Source: Chthonomonadaceae bacterium (lineage in GTDB: Bacteria; Armatimonadota; Chthonomonadetes; Chthonomonadales; Chthonomonadaceae). Taken from it: a stretch of 58,466 nt of DNA. Made by a program: the position numbers and the translations under genes. The notes below the pieces were generated by a model that searched no databases, had not been told where the DNA came from, and worked only from the letters and a program-made list of their open reading frames with translations. The stretch covers positions 1 through 58,466 of the forward strand of contig DASRGZ010000094.1 in NCBI GenBank assembly GCA_035650735.1, in the 5' to 3' direction. Shown in pieces: positions 10,034 to 21,111 of the stretch; the first letter of the stretch is position 1, and each line of letters begins with the position of its first letter.

Positions 10034-10954
10034 GTGTTGACGCGAACGATGTTGCTGCAACTGGCCAATAGCAAGACGATGGAGTCGCTTGTCCGGGGCA
10101 ACCGCTGGTCGGCGCAACTGGCACGCCGCTTCGTCGCGGGAGAGTCCTTAGAGGAAGTGACGGAGCCTGTGCGGCGCCTGAACGCGCAGGGCCTCGCCGT
10201 CTCCCTCGACTTTCTCGGCGAGAGCGTGACCAACGAGCAGGAGGTCGCCGTCGTCGTGGACACCTATCTGCGCCTGTTCCAGCATATTCGCACGCAGCAC
10301 CTCAACGCCAACGTCTCCCTCAAGCTGACCTCGCTCGGCCTGGACATCGGCGACGACCTCTGCTACCGCAATATGCTGCGCCTGCTCAGCGCCGCCGAAC
10401 CGGATCTGTTCGTGCGCATTGATATGGAAAGCTCGGCCTATACGCAGCGCACGCTGGATATGTTCTATCGCCTGTGGGAAGGGCCGGAGCCGCATAAAAA
10501 CGTCGGCGTGGTCATCCAGTCCTACCTGTACCGCAGCGCCGACGATATCGAAAAGCTCATCGCGGCGGGCGCGCGCGTGCGGCTTTGCAAGGGCGCCTAT
10601 AAAGAGCCGCCGAGCGTAGCCTACCCGAACAAGGCCGACGTGGACGCCAACTATCTGCGCCTGATGCAGCAGTTGCTCCTGCGCGGCAACTATCCCGGCA
10701 TCGCCACGCACGACCCCAAAATCATCGCCGCCACCAAACAGTTCGCCCGCGAACACAACATCGCGCCCGACCGCTTCGAGTTCCAAATGCTCTACGGCAT
10801 CCGCCGCGATCTGCAAATTCAACTGGTCAAAGAAGGCTACCGGATGCGCGTCTACACGCCCTTCGGCACCCACTGGTATCCCTACATGATGCGCCGCCTC
10901 GCCGAGCGCCCCGCCAACCTCTGGTTCGCCCTTAAAAACCTCTTCCGCGCTTAG
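10034..10954 (+). CDS. putB: Monofunctional proline dehydrogenase
   Basis: RFVAGE, LDFLGE, SLKLT, VRIDME, RLCKGAY, ATHD, EFQMLYG, RRLAERP motifs; GTG 10034 after AGGAGG. Confidence 0.96.
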   Translation: MLTRTMLLQLANSKTMESLVRGNRWSAQLARRFVAGESLEEVTEPVRRLNAQGLAVSLDFLGESVTNEQEVAVVVDTYLRLFQHIRTQHLNANVSLKLTSLGLDIGDDLCYRNMLRLLSAAEPDLFVRIDMESSAYTQRTLDMFYRLWEGPEPHKNVGVVIQSYLYRSADDIEKLIAAGARVRLCKGAYKEPPSVAYPNKADVDANYLRLMQQLLLRGNYPGIATHDPKIIAATKQFAREHNIAPDRFEFQMLYGIRRDLQIQLVKEGYRMRVYTPFGTHWYPYMMRRLAERPANLWFALKNLFRA

Positions 10955-10966
10955 AAAGGTGCAATC

Positions 10967-12298
10967 TCAGTACCAGCGAATGAGGGCCGCTCCTGCCGGG
11001 CCAAGCGCGATAGGGATTCGAGTCACGCCCTCCGCGTCCTTCTTTTCCGTCACGGGGCGCCACTCGTTCGTGGCGAGGTCGAGGATCTGGATGGGGTGCG
11101 CGCCCGCATAGGCCAGGAGGGTGGTGCTCACGCCCTGTTTGTAGTCGCGGTTGGTCACCATGACGAGAAAATAACCGCCGCTGTCGCGGAACGTCCCGAC
11201 CGTCAGATTGCCCGGCGCTTCGATTTTGACGGGCACGTCGTCCGCGGGCGGAGCGCCGTCGGGCGGTATCTCGCCGGTCTGGAACGTCCGCAGCGCCGGC
11301 GCCCCATACAGCCACTTGCCCAGCGTCCTCACCTCCTGATTGACCCGCTTCACGGCCTCATAGAGTGGGCCGGGCGTGCCGTCGCGGTTCATGATGGCGC
11401 GGCTCCAGTGGAACGCCGCATCGTCGCGGGGCAGCCAGTAGGTGAAATAGAGCAGCCCCTGACCGCCATAGACGAGCGTCTGCATGGCCTCAAAGCGCAG
11501 CTCGTTCTCGCTCAGAGCGCGGTACGGCCCGTGCTGTACCGAGAGCACGATCTGCCAGAACGGCGTGATCGGGTTTGTCGCCCCGGCGGCGCGCTGTGCC
11601 GCCGCCAGGTTGCCGAAGAAGCCGGGCCGGTCGCCGCTGGTCAGGAAGTGATAGTGATCCCAGCTTAGCACGGCGGGCCGAACCGTCTGGAGGTACTTCT
11701 CCAGATACTGCTCGTACGTGTCGGTGTTGAGTTGGCTGGGTTGGGCGGTGAGGTTCGTGCTGGCATAGTTGGGGAAGAGATTGATGTAGGCCAGGTGGTC
11801 GGGGTCCAGTTTGCGCAGTTCGGCGACGACCTCCGCCAGGCCGGAAAACTGGTTTGCGCCTGGCTCGTCGGTAATAAAGTAGCCCAGCAGCGCCGGATGC
11901 TTCTTGTAGTCGGCGACGATAGCCTTCAGGCGCGGCAGCGCCGAAGGATCGCCGGTCACGGCAAGCGGCATGCGCGAGTCGCTGATAATCGCCTTCAGCC
12001 CGGCGGCGCGCGCCGTATCCAGAATTTTACGGTTGCGCTCGACGGTCGCCTCCCCCTCGCACGGCGGCAGCACGAACGTAAAACCCGCCTCCGCAATGCG
12101 CTTATACTGCTCCGCCGTGATATACGGTTCGGGAGGTCCGCACCAGAACCCGATGGGAAACGTCTTCGGCGGCCAGGCCGATTCCGAAGCCGTCAACTTC
12201 CGTCCTGCCGCCAGCAACACCAGCGCCGCCAGAACGAGCAGCGCCGTCTGTATCCACCCTAGAGAAAGCCTTCCGTTCCCCCAACGTCCTTGTCGCAT
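10967..12298 (-). CDS. Secreted glycoside-hydrolase-like (TIM-barrel) protein
   Basis: Signal-like N-terminus; FPIGFW, GYFITDEP, YINLFP, SWDHY, G.GLLYFTY motifs; start probably ATG 12298. Confidence 0.7.
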   Translation of the reverse strand: MRQGRWGNGRLSLGWIQTALLVLAALVLLAAGRKLTASESAWPPKTFPIGFWCGPPEPYITAEQYKRIAEAGFTFVLPPCEGEATVERNRKILDTARAAGLKAIISDSRMPLAVTGDPSALPRLKAIVADYKKHPALLGYFITDEPGANQFSGLAEVVAELRKLDPDHLAYINLFPNYASTNLTAQPSQLNTDTYEQYLEKYLQTVRPAVLSWDHYHFLTSGDRPGFFGNLAAAQRAAGATNPITPFWQIVLSVQHGPYRALSENELRFEAMQTLVYGGQGLLYFTYWLPRDDAAFHWSRAIMNRDGTPGPLYEAVKRVNQEVRTLGKWLYGAPALRTFQTGEIPPDGAPPADDVPVKIEAPGNLTVGTFRDSGGYFLVMVTNRDYKQGVSTTLLAYAGAHPIQILDLATNEWRPVTEKKDAEGVTRIPIALGPAGAALIRWY

Positions 12299-12391
12299 CC
12301 TCACCTTCTCCTGCTCCGCCTCCATTCCCTCATTCAGCCTTCCCTGGTGCGCTCTCTGTACCGGTTTTGGCTTGATGGCGCGCGGTCGCCC

Positions 12392-12420
12392 TTGACTTCC
12401 CCGCCCTCTTAGCATATAAT
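12392..12420 (+). promoter_or_regulatory. tRNA promoter
   Basis: TTGACT-N17-TATAAT. Confidence 0.75.
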
Positions 12421-12447
12421 GGTTGTCGAACGCAGGCCAATACATAG

Positions 12448-12522
<75 letters not shown>

Positions 12523-12665
12523 GCTTGCTCCCCACGTTGCCTCGTCCGCTCCTCTCTCCGTTTCCATGCACAGGCTTGAACTTGTTCCGCTTGCGTGGAA
12601 AGCGCTGAAAGGTTCGCCAGGCCCGTGCCCGCCGAAGCCACCCACTCTGCTCGCGTGGGAAGGCG

Positions 12666-12932
12666 CTATTCGGCTGCTTCCTCAGTCAGTTCCGGCAAGC
12701 CGATAAAGCTACAATGGCGGCAGAGCACGTCCTCGGCAATGGGGCGATAGGCCAGCCCCTCACCGGTGGAGAAGGTCGGCAGGGAGGAGAGTTCCGCGCT
12801 GCCACAGCGGGGGCACCGGGCGTTGGGAGGAGGCGGCCTCCGCGGGCGCAGCGGCGGAGCTTCTTCGTCGGATCTCGACTTGACCACGTTGCGCGCACGC
12901 GCTACCGGGCCGGGCGGCTCGAAATGGCTCAT
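12666..12932 (-). CDS. Small zinc-ribbon protein
   Basis: CPRC...CRHC; directly downstream of the acetyltransferase. Confidence 0.7.
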   Translation of the reverse strand: MSHFEPPGPVARARNVVKSRSDEEAPPLRPRRPPPPNARCPRCGSAELSSLPTFSTGEGLAYRPIAEDVLCRHCSFIGLPELTEEAAE

Positions 12933-12939
12933 CGTGAGG

Positions 12940-13551
12940 CTACCCTCTCTTCCCGTCCAGCTTCCTCAAGGGCTGCAGCGATAGGGCGCGTGCGGCAGGC
13001 TGAGACCGGGCTTCCAGCGGGATCAGGCCAGACTCGGCAGAGTCTTCGATGGACGCGCCGCCGATGCCGATCAGCACCGCGATCTCGCCGCAGTCGGGGA
13101 ACTTAGGACAGTAGACGCACTCGGTCCAGACCTTGCGCGGCAGCAGCGCCTTATCCACCACCTGAAAGCCCATCTTGACGAACAGATCGGGCACGTAGGT
13201 CAGCGCGAACACGCGCGCCACGCCCAGTCCCTCCGCCTCCGCCAGACACGCCTGGATAAGCCTCCGCCCGTAGCCGCGTCCCTGCGCCTTTTCCGCCACC
13301 GCCAGCGACTTCAGCTCCGCCAGGTCTTTCCAGCTAACATGCAGCCCGGCGCACCCGACGATCTCGCCCGCCGCCTCTACCACGAAGAAGTCGCGAATGT
13401 TCTCGTAGAGTTCGCTCAGGCTGCGGTGGAGCATGGCGCCCTTGTCCGCAAAGCCGTTGATGAGCCGCTGCATCGCGGCTACGTCGCCGGTGCGGGCCTT
13501 GCGCAGCTGCACCTCTCCAGTTCGATCCATTTGGGGCTGTATCTCCGACAT
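12940..13551 (-). CDS. argA: GNAT N-acetyltransferase, short ArgA (N-acetylglutamate synthase) type
   Basis: RSLSELYENIRDF, LAELKSLAV, FALTY, LPRKVWTECVYCPKFPDC motifs; start about ATG 13551. Confidence 0.8.
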   Translation of the reverse strand: MSEIQPQMDRTGEVQLRKARTGDVAAMQRLINGFADKGAMLHRSLSELYENIRDFFVVEAAGEIVGCAGLHVSWKDLAELKSLAVAEKAQGRGYGRRLIQACLAEAEGLGVARVFALTYVPDLFVKMGFQVVDKALLPRKVWTECVYCPKFPDCGEIAVLIGIGGASIEDSAESGLIPLEARSQPAARALSLQPLRKLDGKRG

Positions 13552-13832
13552 CCCACCACTCCCGATATCGCGCGCACCTGTTGCGCCTCTGAGCGCACGC
13601 CTCCCATTGTACGCCAAACGCGCGCCGTTTGCAACCCTCCGCGCCGCCCACAAGCTCTAAATCGGCGGCAGGCTTTCTTGTCGGCATGCTGGACACAGGC
13701 GGCCCTGCCAGTCAGACCGCAGCCGTCCGCGCCGCCCTGCGTTGCCAAAGCGGGAAGGAATGGTGTACAATGGAAGGGCGGCGAGGCGATCCGGCTCGCC
13801 GCCGACTTTCGATAAAAGGTGGTTGGTGCATC

Positions 13833-14918
13833 GTGTCTTTAGAGAAGGCCCGCGCCAGATTAGATGATATAGAGCGGCGCTATGACGCGCTGGAAGCCCA
13901 GATGAACGACCCCGAGGTCGCCAGCGACTACCAGCGCTATATGCAGCTCGCCAAAACCAAGAACGAAATAGAGCCGGTGGCGGTCGCGTACAAGCAGTAC
14001 AAGCGCACGCTGGAGGATGTCGCCCTCGCCGGGGAGATGCTGGATGCCTCCGGCGCCGCGGAGCGCGATTTCTGGCAGGATGAGCTAGATGCGGCCAGAA
14101 GGCATCGCGACGAGTTGGAGGAGAAGCTGCGCCTGCTGCTGCTGCCCAAAGATCCCAACGACGAGAAGAACGTCATCATGGAGATACGGGCGGCGGCGGG
14201 CGGAGAAGAGGCCAAGCTCTTTGCCGCCGAGCTCTTCCGTATGTACAGCCGCTACGCCGAGCGGCGCGGCTGGAAGCTGAATGTGCTCAGCCTCCAGGAG
14301 ACGGGGCTGGGAGGCGTGCAGGACGTCACCTTTGAGATCGAGGGCAAAGGCGCCTACAGCCAGCTCAAATACGAGGCGGGCGTCCATCGCGTACAGCGCG
14401 TGCCCGTCACCGAATCCAGCGGGCGCATTCAGACCTCCACCGTCACCGTCGCCGTGCTGCCGGAAGTGGATGAGGTCGAGGTGGACATCAACAAAAACGA
14501 TGTCGAAGAGGATGTGTACCACTCTTCCAGCGCCGGCGGGCAGAACGTCCAGAAGGTCGCCACGGCCATTCGCCTGACCCACAAGCCAACCGGCCTGGTC
14601 GTCACCTGTCAGGACGAGCGCAGCCAGCTTCAGAACCGCATCAAAGCCTGGTCGGTGCTGCGCGCGCGCCTCTACGAGATGCAGCAGCAGCAGGCGATGG
14701 CCGCCCGTACCGGCGAGCGGCGCGCGCAGGTCGGCACCGGCGAGCGCTCCGAGAAAATACGCACCTACAACTTCCCGGATGGCCGCGTCACCGACCATCG
14801 GGTGAACCTGACCATTCACAACGTCCCGGCGGTGCTCGACGGCGACATTCAGCCCTTTATTGATGCGCTGGTTGCCAGTGACCAGGCGCGCAAGCTGGGC
14901 GAGAGTGAAGAGGAATAG
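13833..14918 (+). CDS. prfA: Peptide chain release factor 1
   Basis: GGQ motif, PVT anticodon motif, RSEKIRTYNFP; start GTG 13833. Confidence 0.98.
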   Translation: MSLEKARARLDDIERRYDALEAQMNDPEVASDYQRYMQLAKTKNEIEPVAVAYKQYKRTLEDVALAGEMLDASGAAERDFWQDELDAARRHRDELEEKLRLLLLPKDPNDEKNVIMEIRAAAGGEEAKLFAAELFRMYSRYAERRGWKLNVLSLQETGLGGVQDVTFEIEGKGAYSQLKYEAGVHRVQRVPVTESSGRIQTSTVTVAVLPEVDEVEVDINKNDVEEDVYHSSSAGGQNVQKVATAIRLTHKPTGLVVTCQDERSQLQNRIKAWSVLRARLYEMQQQQAMAARTGERRAQVGTGERSEKIRTYNFPDGRVTDHRVNLTIHNVPAVLDGDIQPFIDALVASDQARKLGESEEE

Positions 14919-14972
14919 ACACCCGCTAAGTAAAGAATCACGACCAAAAGATTCACGTTAACAGGAGTTGCG

Positions 14973-15536
14973 ATGACGGTCCCGCCTCTGTTTTTCATGC
15001 GTGCTCGGGAGGAAAATTCTCGACTGCGGCGCTGGCTGCTGGCCTGCCTGCTTACCGGCCTCACCATTCTGGGCGCCCGGCTCTCCGCGCCCGTGCCCGG
15101 CACGCCCATCCCGATAACCTTCCAGGTTTTCGGTGTGCTGCTCTCCGGCCTGCTGCTTGGCAGCCGGTGGGGTTCGGTCGCCATGGCGCAATATCTACTG
15201 CTCGGCTGGATGGGCCTGCCGGTGTTTGCCCTGGGCAAGAGCGGTTTTGCGCCCATGTTCGGCCTCACCGGCGGCTATCTATGGAGCTATCCGTTGGCCG
15301 CGTTCGTCGTCGGCTGGCTCGCCGAGCGCAGCGGACGCTCTCTGCGAGGGCAACTTCTGGCCTGCGCGGCGGGCCTGGCCGTCATCTACGGGCTGGGCTG
15401 CACCTGGTTCGCCCTAGTCTCCCATCAATCCTTCGTCACGGTGCTGCTGCAGGGAGCGCTGGTGTTCCTGGCCTGGGACGTGCTCAAGGCCCTTGCCGCC
15501 GTCGCCGCCACCCGCTGCCGTACGCGCCGGGGGTAG
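14973..15536 (+). CDS. bioY: Biotin transporter BioY
   Basis: PVPGTPIPITFQ, YLLLG..GLPVFA, TGGYL motifs. Confidence 0.92.
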   Translation: MTVPPLFFMRAREENSRLRRWLLACLLTGLTILGARLSAPVPGTPIPITFQVFGVLLSGLLLGSRWGSVAMAQYLLLGWMGLPVFALGKSGFAPMFGLTGGYLWSYPLAAFVVGWLAERSGRSLRGQLLACAAGLAVIYGLGCTWFALVSHQSFVTVLLQGALVFLAWDVLKALAAVAATRCRTRRG

Positions 15537-15542
15537 CTAAGG

Positions 15543-16637
15543 ATGGGTGTCCCGCCGGCGGATAACGGGCGCGCTCCCCTCCAGACAGATCAGGCGCTGC
15601 TCTGGGCGGCCCGGCGGCTGGAGGCGGCAGGCGTGGAAAGCCCCCGCTTTGAGGCCCAACTGCTGTTGGCGATGGCGCTGGGCGTCACTCGCAGCGCCGT
15701 CCTTGCCGGCCTGCATCCCCGGCTGACGCCGCCGCAGGCGCAGGAGCTGGAACGACTGGTTCGGGAGCGGGAGCGGCGCGTGCCGCTGGCCTACCTGCGC
15801 GGAACGCAGGAGTTCTACGGCCTGACCTTCCTCGTCAGCCCGGCCGTGCTGATTCCGCGCCCGGAAACTGAGCTGCTGGTCGAGTTCGCCCTGGAAAAGC
15901 TGGCCTCCTGCTCAAGGAAAGTCGGGGCGTCCTCCCGTTCTGGCCCTCACCCCCTGCCCCCGTCTCCCACGCTGCGGGAGAGGGGAAACGGAGAAGCCGG
16001 GTCCCTCCCTTCCCTCGTAGGGTCGCAAGGCGGAGGGGCGAACCGTTGTAGCCCCGACCCTGGCAGTGGGGGACGGGGGTTAGGTCAAACACGAAGGAAG
16101 GAAGCCGGGGGGTTAGGTCCAACGTTGGCCGATGTCGGCACCGGGAGCGGGTGCATCGCCATTGCGACACTGGCCCATTGCCTCCCGGCCCGCGCCGTCG
16201 CCTTCGATATCTCGGCGGACGCGCTGGCCCTGGCCCGGCAAAATGCGGCGCTCCATAACGTGGCCGACCGGCTGCGGTTCGCGCGGGCCAACTTGCTGAC
16301 GGGCGCAGCCTCGGAGCGTTTCGACTTCGTCGTCTCCAACCCGCCCTATATTCCGACCGCCGAAGTCGCCGCGCTGCAGCCGGAGGTGCGCGCGTATGAG
16401 CCGCATATCGCCCTGGACGGCGGCCCGGACGGCATGCAGTTTCAGCGAGGGCTGGCGCAGGGTGCTCTGCGCGCCCTGAAACCGGGCGGTTGGCTGGCCG
16501 TGGAGGTAGCGCTGGGACAGGCGGAAGCCGTCGCAAGCCTCCTCCGCAGCGCAGGGTTTTTAGAGGTTTCCGCCCGGCGCGACCTGGCGGGCATTGAGCG
16601 CCTCGTCTGCGGTCAGAAGCCGCCTAGCGGGGAGTAG
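15543..16637 (+). CDS. prmC: Release factor glutamine methyltransferase with ~70-aa repeat-derived in-frame insertion
   Basis: PLAYLRG, VLIPRPETE, DVGTGSGCIA, SNPPY, ALDGG.DG motifs; insertion at about 15905-16120. Confidence 0.96.
   Translation: MGVPPADNGRAPLQTDQALLWAARRLEAAGVESPRFEAQLLLAMALGVTRSAVLAGLHPRLTPPQAQELERLVRERERRVPLAYLRGTQEFYGLTFLVSPAVLIPRPETELLVEFALEKLASCSRKVGASSRSGPHPLPPSPTLRERGNGEAGSLPSLVGSQGGGANRCSPDPGSGGRGLGQTRRKEAGGLGPTLADVGTGSGCIAIATLAHCLPARAVAFDISADALALARQNAALHNVADRLRFARANLLTGAASERFDFVVSNPPYIPTAEVAALQPEVRAYEPHIALDGGPDGMQFQRGLAQGALRALKPGGWLAVEVALGQAEAVASLLRSAGFLEVSARRDLAGIERLVCGQKPPSGE
15944..16120. repeat. Family B REP-like element plus one micro-element (16023-16067) inside prmC
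   Basis: CCCTCACCCCCTGCCCCCGTCTCCC..GGGAGAGGGG..GAAGCCGGG; same family as the intergenic copies at 30650-30840 and 36095-36210. Confidence 0.85.
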
Positions 16638-16810
16638 GTACTGCCGTAGGGATAGGATCCTCTCCAGCGACCGCTGCCAGGAAGCGCAGCAAGTAGCAGA
16701 GTAGCCTTCCATGCGCGGGGCGCACCACCGAACATGAAAACACCTCTTCCCTCTCCTTCGCAAGGAGAGGGGACGGGGGTGAGGTCTATTTTCAAGTCAG
16801 GTATTGCCGT

Positions 16811-17632
<822 letters not shown>

Positions 17633-17651
17633 TCCGCGCAAATGGCCATAA

Positions 17652-18869
17652 TTGTCACTGAGCATAACGCCGGAGACCGACGAAACCTTCCCGAAGCTCC
17701 TGGCGTCCTGGTGTCGTAGCAGCGCGGCATGGCAGGTCTTTCTGAGCGCGCGGTTTCCTGCCGATTTGGCCGCAGCGCTCCCGGAGGCGAGAGTGTCCCA
17801 GCAGTTTGAAGAAATTTCGCGCGATCCCCAGATGCAGCAATGGGTAAACGCCCTCTCCTGGGTGCTGATGTCGGTTTTTATCGCGGTATTGGTGGCCGAT
17901 TTTGTGCTGCTGATTCGGTGGCTCCTGGCCCGATACCGGGCGCAGCGTGCGGCGGAACTGGCCCCGGCCTCCCTGGCAGCCACCCCCGCAGAGCCGACCG
18001 AAGCTCCGCTCCGCGAGGGCGAAATCACCACCGAAGCAGAAGAAGCGCAGACAGCGCCCATTCCGGTGGAGGCGCCCGCCCCACCCCCACGGCTGCGCTG
18101 GAGCGTGGTGCATGTGTTCGTTGGCGGGCAGATCGTGATTGTCCTCCTCAGCCTGGTTCTTGCCGCCGCCGGGTTCCTTTTCTCCCTGCCTATCCTCTGG
18201 CGGCACACGGCCAATCCGCTGGCCATCCAGAGCGATCCCCAATTCAAGCGCCTCATGATGTATGTGACGGTGCTCGCGCTCTACCTGCAAAACATCCTGA
18301 TGGTAGGCGTGGTAGCCTTCTTCCTGCGGCAATACGGCACGTCGCTGGCCCAGATCGGCCTGCGCCGGCCCACTCGCCGGCAGATCCTGCTTGGCCTGGG
18401 GCTGGGAGTGGCCGTCTTACTGGCGGCCAATGGCCTGGAGCAGGGATTGGGCCTGCTGCTGCAGCGCCTCCTCGGCCACGTCACCGCCGAGAAGCTGGAG
18501 AAATTCAGCAGCGCCCTTGACGCCGGCTCCATGTTCAAAGGCATTAGCTCTCCCCTCTGGAAAGCGATCTTTTTCGTGGCCGGCGCGATTGTCACGCCCA
18601 TCGGCGAGGAGACCTTCTTCCGGGGCTTCCTCTATAATGCGCTCAAGTTCCGCTATGGCGTCGTCGTCGGCATCATCTTCAGCGGATTGATTTTCGCCCT
18701 GGCGCACGTCAGTCCGCTGGCCCTGCTGGTTATCTTTCCGATGGGGATGATCCTGGCCTACGTCTACGAGAAAACAGGCTCCCTCTGGACGACGATCATG
18801 ATGCACATGGTCGTCAACGGCGTCGGGCTGGCCGCGCTGTGGATCAACGGCCCTCACCCGGGCCATTGA
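17652..18869 (+). CDS. CPBP/Abi (type II CAAX) intramembrane metalloprotease; start uncertain
   Basis: EETFFRG, FALAH, HMVVN motifs; many TM segments. Confidence 0.9.
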   Translation: MSLSITPETDETFPKLLASWCRSSAAWQVFLSARFPADLAAALPEARVSQQFEEISRDPQMQQWVNALSWVLMSVFIAVLVADFVLLIRWLLARYRAQRAAELAPASLAATPAEPTEAPLREGEITTEAEEAQTAPIPVEAPAPPPRLRWSVVHVFVGGQIVIVLLSLVLAAAGFLFSLPILWRHTANPLAIQSDPQFKRLMMYVTVLALYLQNILMVGVVAFFLRQYGTSLAQIGLRRPTRRQILLGLGLGVAVLLAANGLEQGLGLLLQRLLGHVTAEKLEKFSSALDAGSMFKGISSPLWKAIFFVAGAIVTPIGEETFFRGFLYNALKFRYGVVVGIIFSGLIFALAHVSPLALLVIFPMGMILAYVYEKTGSLWTTIMMHMVVNGVGLAALWINGPHPGH

Positions 18870-19017
18870 GCGGCGATAGCGTTCTTGTCCCTGGCCATCG
18901 GGCCGAAGGGGAGGAAACAGTCTCCGGGGGGAAACCGTAATGTTAAAGAGGGGCGCAGCGGCGACGCCGCTGCGCCCTATCCCACCCTTTGCGCTGCAAC
19001 AGGAGACATGAACCATT

Positions 19018-19989
19018 ATGGCGTTGCCACGCCCAAGCCCGCGCCACCCGTGGCGCGACGCTCTCATCACACTCTGCCTGCTCCTCTTGTTTAGCCTGCT
19101 GGGCTGGGCCACGCTGGCGCCTTTCCTCCAGAGTCAGACGCCCCCGAAGCTGCAAGCGGCGGAGCAGGCGCTGGATAAGAACAATGTGGCCCTGGCGCGC
19201 GCCCAGTTCGACGCCGCTCTAAAGGCCCATCCGGACAACCCCGACTTTTATCTGCGCATCGCCACCATCTGCAAACGCCACAAGCAGTTGGATCTGGGCA
19301 TCGAGTATATCCGGCAGGGCCTTGATGCCTGCAAAGATCAATCTAAAGCGGACCGCGCCCAACTACATAGCACGCTCGCCATGCTGCTAGATGAAGCCCA
19401 GCCCGCGCAGCCCCAGGAGGCGATCCAGGAAGCGGACAAAGCCCTGGAGTTGGCGCCCGACGATCCCGCCATGCTCAACCTCGCCGGATATCTGAGGGCC
19501 GACCACGACCAGGAGCTAGATCGCGCTCAGGGATACCTGACGCGGGCGCTCCGCCTGGCCGCGCCGAAGGCGGATACCCCGTCTGGCGCTCTGCTGCTAT
19601 CCATGATCGAAGACAGCTATGGCTGGGTGCTCTACAAGCAGAAGAACTATGGCCCGGCGGTGGATGCGCTACAGCAGGCTATCGAGGACCTCCCGGAGAA
19701 TTCGCTGGAAGGCGACGACCTGAAGGTCTTCTACTATCACCTGGGAGCGGCCAGCCGGAAGGCGGGCCTGCTGGAGGAGGCACGCCGCGCGATCTCCATC
19801 GCGCTGAGCTATGATAGCAGCTACGCGCCGGCCAAGGCCGAGCAGGCCCAGCTTGCCGCCGCCTCCGCAGCCGTCCCCCCTGCCGTCGGAAGGAAACCGG
19901 CCACTTCCCCTGCCCCTGCCCCGAGCCTGACTCCGATCCCCGGTGCCTCCACAACGCGCACCGCCCCCCGCAGCGTCCGCTCGGAATAA
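19018..19989 (+). CDS. Membrane-anchored TPR protein
   Basis: N-terminal TM; TPR-like helices with LNLAGY, DSYGWVLY, YYHLG. Confidence 0.85.
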   Translation: MALPRPSPRHPWRDALITLCLLLLFSLLGWATLAPFLQSQTPPKLQAAEQALDKNNVALARAQFDAALKAHPDNPDFYLRIATICKRHKQLDLGIEYIRQGLDACKDQSKADRAQLHSTLAMLLDEAQPAQPQEAIQEADKALELAPDDPAMLNLAGYLRADHDQELDRAQGYLTRALRLAAPKADTPSGALLLSMIEDSYGWVLYKQKNYGPAVDALQQAIEDLPENSLEGDDLKVFYYHLGAASRKAGLLEEARRAISIALSYDSSYAPAKAEQAQLAAASAAVPPAVGRKPATSPAPAPSLTPIPGASTTRTAPRSVRSE

Positions 19990-20132
19990 TACGCCGGCCT
20001 GCCTCTCCCGCGCCCATTTGCCCCCACGCGCGCTTCCGTTACGAAAACCTCAATCCACGCTGCCTTGCGTCCAGCGCGATCTTACCGCCAGCCCAAGCCT
20101 CCCACCGCTATTTTAGGAAAAAGTAATACACG

Positions 20133-20194
20133 TTTAAGAATTTCTTAAAGAATTGCCCAAATCGCTTGACAATTTCCAAATACGGACGTAAACT
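20133..20194 (+). promoter_or_regulatory. Promoter with upstream palindromic operator
   Basis: TTTAAGAA-T-TTCTTAAA (20133-20149); TTGACA(20166)-N17-TAAACT(20189). Confidence 0.65.
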
Positions 20195-20218
20195 AGAGGA
20201 AACCGGAGGGAGAAGAGG

Positions 20219-20725
20219 ATGGCGAAACTATTGACGCGCTGCCCGGTCTGCGAGAGCGCCCTGGGGATCTCCGAGCTGAAATGCACTCGCTGTCAGACAC
20301 GCATTCAGGGCGCCTTCGATCCCTGCCGCTTCTGCCGCCTCGCGCCGGAGCATCTGGCGTTCGTGGAGACCTTCCTGCGCTGTGAGGGCAATCTGAGCCG
20401 TGTGGAGAAAGAGCTGGGCATCTCCTACCCGACCGTCCGCAACAAGCTGACGGCGGCATTGGCCGCGCTCGGCTTTACGACGTCGGGCGTCAACGGTGGG
20501 GTGGAAGCGCCGCCTGTCCCGCCTGTGCCCGGCAGAGAGCCTGGCTCCCCGGTCGCTCCCCAGGCCCCGCCCACGTTCCCTGTCGGCCCGGCAGCGCCCG
20601 TCCAACCCGCGCCCCCTGTTGCCGGCCCCGAAGCCGAGGCGCGCCGTCGCGAGGTGCTCGATGCCCTGGCGCGCGGCGACCTCAGCGCCGAGGAGGCCGC
20701 CAGCGCCCTGCGCGAGCTTACATAA
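20219..20725 (+). CDS. DUF2089-family Zn-ribbon/HTH protein with C-terminal SHOCT-like helix
   Basis: CPVC..CTRC, GNLSRVEKELGISYPTVRNKL, RREVLDAL.RG.LSAEEA. Confidence 0.9.
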   Translation: MAKLLTRCPVCESALGISELKCTRCQTRIQGAFDPCRFCRLAPEHLAFVETFLRCEGNLSRVEKELGISYPTVRNKLTAALAALGFTTSGVNGGVEAPPVPPVPGREPGSPVAPQAPPTFPVGPAAPVQPAPPVAGPEAEARRREVLDALARGDLSAEEAASALRELT

Positions 20726-20729
20726 TTCG

Positions 20730-20960
20730 ACCTAACCCCCCGGCCCCCTTCCCTAATTCGCCGCTAACGCGGCAGGGAAGGGGGGGACCCAGCTTCTGCT
20801 CTCCTCTCTCCTTAAGGAAGAGAGAGGTCGGCTTCTGCTCTCCCTTCTGCCTTGTAGGGAGAAGGGCCGGGGATGGGGGGAGATAAGGCAGAACGGAAGA
20901 GCCTGGGAGGAAGAGAGTCGCCCCTCTCCTTGCGAAGGAGAGGGGAAGGGGTGAGGTTAA
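20730..20960. repeat. Family B REP-like palindromic cluster
   Basis: CCTAACCCCC..CCCCTTCCCT..AGGGAAGGGG...CCCTCTCCTTGCGAAGGAGAGGGGAAGGGGTGAGG. Confidence 0.8.
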
Positions 20961-20979
20961 GAAGGGCCTGCTCCCAAAC

Positions 20980-21111
20980 AAAAAAAGCCGCCCCGTTCGC
21001 GGCGGGACGGCAATAGCAAGAGGGAGCGCCCTTCGCGATGTCGGCGCGAAGGGCGTTTGAACAGCGTGCGCGAAGCAAGCTTCGCGCTAGGGCTCGTGAA
21101 CGCCTGTTCAA
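20980..21111 (-). ncRNA. Putative ~130-nt structured small RNA
   Basis: Promoter TTTACA(21145-21140)-N17-TACAAT(21122-21117); three hairpins; ends in a GC stem plus U7 terminator; no minus-strand ORF to account for it. Confidence 0.65.

Noticed and set aside
16023..16067. Internal guide sequence in the micro-element pairing with both flanks
   Set aside because: Fits this copy (AGGGTCGGGG) but not the copy at 30777-30821 in the same target, so it is unsupported
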